64,000 nt of DNA from an uncultured Phycisphaerales bacterium (lineage in GTDB: Bacteria; Planctomycetota; Phycisphaerae; Sedimentisphaerales; Anaerobacaceae), in NCBI GenBank assembly GCA_963718665.1, contig OY970359.1, forward strand, positions 2,496,001-2,560,000. The letters run 5' to 3'. The notes under the pieces are model-generated. The model was not told the DNA's origin and did no database searches. It saw only the letters and a list, made by a program, of their open reading frames with translations. Every line of letters begins with the position of its first letter. Within the stretch, counting starts at the first letter, position 1. Below are positions 58,706-64,000 of this stretch, piece after piece. The translations under genes were made by a program, and so were the position numbers.

Positions 58706-58854
58706 ATCCCTGCTTAAACTGTGGACGTATTAATAAAAGGAGGATGTTGATGTGACCGCTGGGTGCGTAGCCAGGGTGTAATAGGGCACCCCAGCGAGGA
58801 AGTAAAACACAATGTTGTGTTTTTGATATAAATCGATGTTTAAGGAGTGAACAA

Positions 58855-59409
58855 ATGGTAACAATGACAAGAAAACCACGGCAAGTCCACGGAATAAACA
58901 AGTTTCATTATTCATGGTTTACATCTTTTCTTCTTGCTTATGAAACTGACGCACGAAGATTGAACCTGCGCTGCCTGGGCTGCCGGGAGTTGATAAAGTT
59001 TGATTACAAGAAGCCCACTCATATAAGAGGCGTTATAGAATTTAACGGCTTATATATACCCGTCATAGACCCGGGTATTTTGCTGCTCGGCCGGCCGTCG
59101 GCATTCAGTAATTTAAGCTGCATACTGATTGTGCCGCACCGCTGGGAAAATCAGCAGTATTATACGGGCGTTGTAATAGAAGACATCGATGAGATTATGG
59201 AGTTTGCATCCAGCGAACCTGATATTGAGCCGCTGAGAGACATTAGCGTCAATATCAGATTTGTCCTCGATATGCGCAAAAGCCCCGGGGCGGAATCGTG
59301 GCTTTATGAAAATCATCGAATGCTGGATATTTGCAGAAACGAAAACCAGCAGGAGCAGGATTATATCGCCTTTGAACGAAGGTGCTCAGAAAAAATGCTT
59401 AGCGCATAG
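58855..59409 (+). CDS. Divergent CheW-like domain protein
   Basis: PTHIRGVIEFNGLYIPVIDP and TGVVIEDIDEI resemble CheW GxxNLRGxxxPVIDL and GxxVDxVxEV; RBS aaggag. Confidence 0.6.
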   Translation: MVTMTRKPRQVHGINKFHYSWFTSFLLAYETDARRLNLRCLGCRELIKFDYKKPTHIRGVIEFNGLYIPVIDPGILLLGRPSAFSNLSCILIVPHRWENQQYYTGVVIEDIDEIMEFASSEPDIEPLRDISVNIRFVLDMRKSPGAESWLYENHRMLDICRNENQQEQDYIAFERRCSEKMLSA

Positions 59410-59429
59410 CAACCGAATTGACTTCCGTA

Positions 59430-59870
59430 TCATTCCACCAGGTTATCTGGCAACTGCTCGACAAATGCCTTTATTTCATCACGCACTCTACGATAAATGC
59501 CCAATACTTCCTGCTCAGTCACTGCCTGTTTTGCCAGTCGAGGCGGGTCATCAAAACCGAAGTGAACAACTTTCGTTTTACCGGGGAAAATGGGGCAATG
59601 TTCGTGGGCGTTGTCACAAACGGTGATAACAAAATCAAAATTTACGCCTTTGAACTCGTCGAGGTGTTTTGAGCGATTATTCGATATATCAACACCGACC
59701 TCAGCCATAACCTTGACAGCAATCGGGTCAAGACCGTGCGGCTCGATACCGGCCGAATACGGCTCAATCGAATCGCTTTTAAACTTTCTCGCCCAGCCCT
59801 CGGCCATCTGGCTCCGGCAGGAATTGCCGGTGCAAAGAAACAGAATTTTAAGTTTTTCAGAATGCTTCAT
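59430..59870 (-). CDS. arsC: Thioredoxin-type arsenate reductase (LMW-PTP fold)
   Basis: LCTGNSCRSQMAEG, ITVC, CPIFP, FDDP. Confidence 0.93.
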   Translation of the reverse strand: MKHSEKLKILFLCTGNSCRSQMAEGWARKFKSDSIEPYSAGIEPHGLDPIAVKVMAEVGVDISNNRSKHLDEFKGVNFDFVITVCDNAHEHCPIFPGKTKVVHFGFDDPPRLAKQAVTEQEVLGIYRRVRDEIKAFVEQLPDNLVE

Positions 59871-60130
59871 AACTTGCACTTTCCGGTTATTAATATTATC
59901 GGTGACCTTACCCCCCGAAAACTGAGCCACTTATAATTGGAGCTCCGGCATGATAGAGCCCGTTTACAATGCGTGACACAAGATTCAGGCAGAAACAGAT
60001 CATAGTGATTTTAAGAGATTAAGAGAAGCCAAAAATAGGGGACGACAGACACTTTTTAACTCTCTAAGGCATTTCGGATATTGGCAAAGCAAGCAAGAAG
60101 TTGTTATACTACAACCACTTAGAAAATTAG

Positions 60131-60204
60131 GCGCCCGTAGCTCAGCTGGATAGAGCAACGGATTTCTAATCCGTAGGTCACAGGTTCGAATCCTGTCGGG
60201 CGTA
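60131..60204 (+). tRNA. tRNA-Arg (anticodon TCT), CCA not encoded
   Basis: gcgcccg/cgggcgt acceptor stem, agctcagctggatagagc D arm, acgga-tttctaa-tccgt anticodon arm, ggttcgaatcc T arm. Confidence 0.97.
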
Positions 60205-60580
60205 GTGGACAAGCAAGGATATTTTGCTTCAGTGGAGAGGGGCGTCCGGAGACACGGGTTTTGCCACCAAAGAAAGAAGTCCTGGAATACATAATCTGCG
60301 AGGGGTTCGTCTTTAACGCGATATCGTATGACGGGCCGGATGAAGAGGAGGGGCTTTTTGTCCCAATATTGCTATTTTCAAAAATATCATAGCGATGAGC
60401 TAAAAATTGGTCTTCATATGGCTTTGGGATGCCCAAATAGGTCAAAAAACGCTAATAAATGATGCCGGAATCACAAAAAAACACAAACTATGATAATAAA
60501 ACGGTAATGTTGCACGTTATAATAGGTAAAGGACATAACAAGGCAGGGGAGGCCCCGTAACAGTTTTTTTAGCGTGAGAG

Positions 60581-60790
60581 GTGTGGTTATATGAAGCGGA
60601 AAAGAGGCAGTTTGTGGTTGGGCTTCGCACTGCCACCGATGTGCTTGACGCGCAGGCAAAATTCGCGAATGCCCAGATCGCTGAAATTGGCGCGCTGACG
60701 GAATACCAGATAGCGCAGGTTGACCTTGCATACGCGACGGGGACGCTTTTAGGTGCGACGAAGGTGAGCTGGGAACCAAGTATTCCTTAA
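60581..60790 (+). pseudogene. C-terminal fragment of a TolC-family outer-membrane efflux protein
   Basis: YEAEKRQFVVGLRTATDVLDAQ...EYQIAQVDLAYATG; in-frame TGA at 60575 and no N-terminal part. Confidence 0.7.
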
Positions 60791-60950
60791 AGAAACCCCT
60801 GAATACAGATATAATTTCCCGAAGCGTTCCACATCCGTTGGGGGGGCACAAAGCGTTGTTTTCCATTATACGATATGATAAAGTAAATCTTTTATCAAAG
60901 TGCGTTGCCGAGACGGTGACGTAACTGGATTTTGGGGTAACAGAGCCGCG

Positions 60951-62066
60951 ATGGCTGTTAAGATAGAAACTCGTAATATCTGTGGACCGCTGGCGACCAA
61001 GATATATATCTCGGCGACTCTTGAGAATTGCGCACCGGCGAAAGACAAGCTTTTGGAGATGTTCGCGGGCATTCGTAAGATACTGACTGAGGAGCGGGCG
61101 AGCATCCTTCAGGAGCGGATATTTACCGTCGATGGGACATTGCCTGTTGTTTCAGCAGCGCGTGCCGAAGCGTATGGCGAAATAGACGATGGTGTTGCGC
61201 CGAGCGTGTTGATGGGCAGGGAAAGCAGGCGGGGGCACACCGTTGGAGTGCAGGTTCACGCGGTGGCGCGAGTGGACAAGCCCGAGGTTGTCAGGATTTA
61301 TGGTAGGGCGTGCGGGCGAGTGATTAGAACGTCAGGCGGGGTATATTTAACGCTTTCAGGGATATCGGGAGGCAAATCGGGCGAACGTCTTGGGCAAACG
61401 ATAGCGATGTTCGAGAAGGTGGAATCCGCGTTGAAGCAATACGGAAGTGATTTCAGGGCTGTATCGCGGACATGGATGTGGCTTGGTGATATATTGTCCT
61501 GGTATGGCGAATTCAACAAGGCGAGGAATCAATTCTTCGAGAAGCGAGGCCTGATTGGCAAAGGTATCCGGCAGTCGATGCCTGCGAGCACGGGTATAGG
61601 ACTGGGGCTTGGCGGGGACGGGCAATTCGGGATGGATATGACGGCTGTTCTTGAGCCGGCGAGTTCGATCGAGCTGTTGGCGGCGATTGGCCGGCAGCAG
61701 TGCGCGTTTGATTATGGTTCGGCGTTTTCGCGTGCGTCGCGAGCGAGCAGCCCAGCAGGCAAAACGGTATTCATTTCGGGGACCGCCTCGATAGATGTGA
61801 AAGGAAATACGACGCATATCGGGGACGCGAAAGGACAAATTGCGACAACAATCGAAAACGTCAGGGCGGTGCTGCGTGATATGAATTGCCAGGATGGGGA
61901 CGTCGTTCAGGTTGTTGCGTATTGCAAGACGGCTGAGGTGGAGGGCGTTTTTGAGGAGTTCAGGAGTCAGCTCAACTGGCCGTGGATAACGACAATCGGC
62001 GACATCTGCCGGGACGACCTTTTATTTGAAATCGAGGCCGCGGCGATGCCGCAGGCAGGGCGATAA
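60951..62066 (+). CDS. RidA/YjgF-superfamily protein (FkbO/Hyg5-like two-domain)
   Basis: RTWMWL, PASTGIG, FSRA, FISGTASI, ICRDDLLFEIEA. Confidence 0.78.
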   Translation: MAVKIETRNICGPLATKIYISATLENCAPAKDKLLEMFAGIRKILTEERASILQERIFTVDGTLPVVSAARAEAYGEIDDGVAPSVLMGRESRRGHTVGVQVHAVARVDKPEVVRIYGRACGRVIRTSGGVYLTLSGISGGKSGERLGQTIAMFEKVESALKQYGSDFRAVSRTWMWLGDILSWYGEFNKARNQFFEKRGLIGKGIRQSMPASTGIGLGLGGDGQFGMDMTAVLEPASSIELLAAIGRQQCAFDYGSAFSRASRASSPAGKTVFISGTASIDVKGNTTHIGDAKGQIATTIENVRAVLRDMNCQDGDVVQVVAYCKTAEVEGVFEEFRSQLNWPWITTIGDICRDDLLFEIEAAAMPQAGR

Positions 62067-62188
62067 CGAGAGAAATATCCATCTGGCATGTACTTGATTT
62101 TGCGGCGGATTAGGATTATTGTGCGGCAAATTCGAGGTTTGACCGGCAGTCGGCTGTAAATTCGGCATTTAAGTTTTGGAGACAGGAT

Positions 62189-63400
62189 ATGGACAGCAAA
62201 ATAATCAAAGAATTCAAAAGCAGAGTCCAAAAGGAGCTTGATGAGGATATTGTTCCGTTCTGGTCACAACGCGCCATCGATCCCAAAGGGGGGTTCATCG
62301 GCAGAATGAATAACGATGGCGTCATCGAGGAGAAGGCGCCAAAAGGACTGATACTAAATACCAGAATACTCTGGACGTTCTCCACGCTTTATGTTTTCGA
62401 GAAAAAACAGGAGCTTCTTACGCTGGCAAAACGGGCATACGGCTATGTTATGGAATACTTCTGGGATAAGCAAAATGGGGGTATGTACTGGCTGCTGGAC
62501 TGGCAGGGTAAACCCATAGATAGCCAAAAAGTGGTCTATGGACAGGGGTTCGGGATATACTCGCTTTCGGAGTATTACAGGGCAACGGGCGATAAGGATG
62601 CGCTTGCCAAAGCGATGGAGCTTTTCGGCCTGCTGGAAAAATACGTCTGGGACAAGCAATACAAAGGGTATTTCGAGAAATACGACAGCGACTGGACGAA
62701 ATCAAAAACCCAGCAGCTTACTTCCGGAGATATGGCTGCCCCGAAATCAATGAATACGTCGCTTCACATGCTGGAAGGCATTGCCAATTTATACGATGTG
62801 AACAAGGACGAACTGGTCGGGCAGCGGGTTGGCGAGATGCTTGATATATTCGCGGATTATATACTGCACCCGTATGGGACGTATTGCCAGTTGTTCTTCG
62901 ATGAAAAGTGGTATCCCAAGAGCGAGAAGGTTTCGTTCGGGCACGATATCGAGACGGCATGGCTGGCGCAAAGGGACGCGGAGATTTTCGGCAAGCCGAA
63001 GACGATAGAGAAGCTTAAGCGGATGGCGATGAAACTGGCCGAATCGACGTATGAAAGAGGCCTGGATAATAATAAGAGTATGTTCTACGAGGCGGACCTG
63101 AAAGGCATCAGCAATTCAGGCAAGGACTGGTGGGTGCAGGCCGAGGCGGTGGTGGGATATTTGAACGCCTATCAGTTGACCGGCGACCAGAAATATTTCG
63201 ACGTCGCGCAGAATATCTGGCAGTTTATCGAGGATTACGTCGTCGATAAGAAGGGCGGCGAATGGTTCTGGACGATTGACGCCAAGGGCAACATTGACAA
63301 ATCGAAACCTAAGGTCTCAGAGTGGAAGTGCCCGTATCACAACAGCAGGGCGTGCATCGAGATAATACAGCGGTTAGACAAGATTGCCAAAAAGGCCTGA
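62189..63400 (+). CDS. AGE-family epimerase (cellobiose 2-epimerase-like)
   Basis: NTRILWTFS, MNTSLHMLE, SFGHDIE, WWVQAE, WKCPYHNSRA. Confidence 0.9.
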   Translation: MDSKIIKEFKSRVQKELDEDIVPFWSQRAIDPKGGFIGRMNNDGVIEEKAPKGLILNTRILWTFSTLYVFEKKQELLTLAKRAYGYVMEYFWDKQNGGMYWLLDWQGKPIDSQKVVYGQGFGIYSLSEYYRATGDKDALAKAMELFGLLEKYVWDKQYKGYFEKYDSDWTKSKTQQLTSGDMAAPKSMNTSLHMLEGIANLYDVNKDELVGQRVGEMLDIFADYILHPYGTYCQLFFDEKWYPKSEKVSFGHDIETAWLAQRDAEIFGKPKTIEKLKRMAMKLAESTYERGLDNNKSMFYEADLKGISNSGKDWWVQAEAVVGYLNAYQLTGDQKYFDVAQNIWQFIEDYVVDKKGGEWFWTIDAKGNIDKSKPKVSEWKCPYHNSRACIEIIQRLDKIAKKA

Positions 63401-63425
63401 AGACAGTTCTGTGAAATCTGTGGTT

Positions 63426-63462
63426 AAAAAAGGAGAGGCCGGTCAAATAATTGACCGGCCTC
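63426..63462 (-). terminator. Rho-independent terminator of the rRNA transcript
   Basis: gaggccggtcaa-ataa-ttgaccggcctc perfect stem; A6 on + gives a U tract on -. Confidence 0.85.
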
Positions 63463-63466
63463 GTAA

Positions 63467-63576
63467 TTCCTGGCGATACCTACTCTCACCCGAAAGGACT
63501 ACCATCGGCCTGACGAGCTTAGCTTCTGAGTTCGGAAAGGGATCAGGCGTTTCCCCGTCAGTAAATTCACCAGGAA
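63467..63576 (-). rRNA. rrf: 5S rRNA (~110 nt)
   Basis: Reverse complement ttcctggtgaa...gatccctttccgaactcagaagctaag...gatggtagt...gagagtaggt...ccaggaa with paired ends. Confidence 0.95.
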
Positions 63577-63719
63577 ACTTTTTATCCCCCTAATTAAAGG
63601 GGTACATATTCAATTGTCAACTTGTCGCTTGAAACAAGAAAAATATGCGGGTGATAAAGTGGGCACAACCATCTGAACATTCATCGTCAGATTACTTACG
63701 TTGAACAACCAATGAATGA

Positions 63720-64000
<281 letters not shown>

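Noticed and set aside
60000..60445. Minus-strand ORFs over the tRNA, and ORF 63384-63593 over the 5S rRNA
   Set aside because: They are translations of RNA genes and flanking non-coding DNA

Overview
A gene-dense chromosomal window. The short 5S rRNA, the Sedimentisphaerales-style dockerin tail, the pseudopilin gene and the Tat-exported Gfo proteins point to an anaerobic Planctomycetota (Phycisphaerae-like) bacterium; this is inference. From left to right it holds: (1) a ~15 kb sugar/redox cluster with four Gfo/Idh/MocA dehydrogenases, a membrane-anchored cytochrome c with 7 CxxCH motifs, a cytochrome b-like partner, an NCS1-type permease, xylB, a divergent xylA, a discoidin-like protein, a GT-C and an ApbE lacking a signal peptide; (2) GT2, folC and dprA; (3) a dockerin protein, pseudopilin, cupin and Ni/Co ECF transporter locus; (4) acyP, GAF-PP2C, cmk, plsC, a hydrolase and a large CoA-activase; (5) a GT-C/GT2/TMTC-like glycosylation cluster; (6) polA, a frameshifted methyltransferase, dapL, a folK-dNK fusion, panC, panD, lgt and a rhomboid; (7) an ECF sigma/anti-sigma operon; (8) a full Pho locus (phoBR, porin, pstSCAB, phoU) with 11-bp-phased TAAC boxes, an orphan cheW-like gene and arsC; (9) tRNA-Arg(TCT), a tolC remnant, a RidA/Hyg5-like gene, an AGE epimerase, 5S rRNA and the 3' end of 23S rRNA. 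The most interesting items are the candidate periplasmic sugar-oxidising electron-transfer system, a 27-codon Pho-boxed ORF made of a signal peptide plus a porin-like beta-signal, and short repeat elements inserted in frame into phoR and the activase gene. All calls come from motif recognition by eye; no database searches were run.
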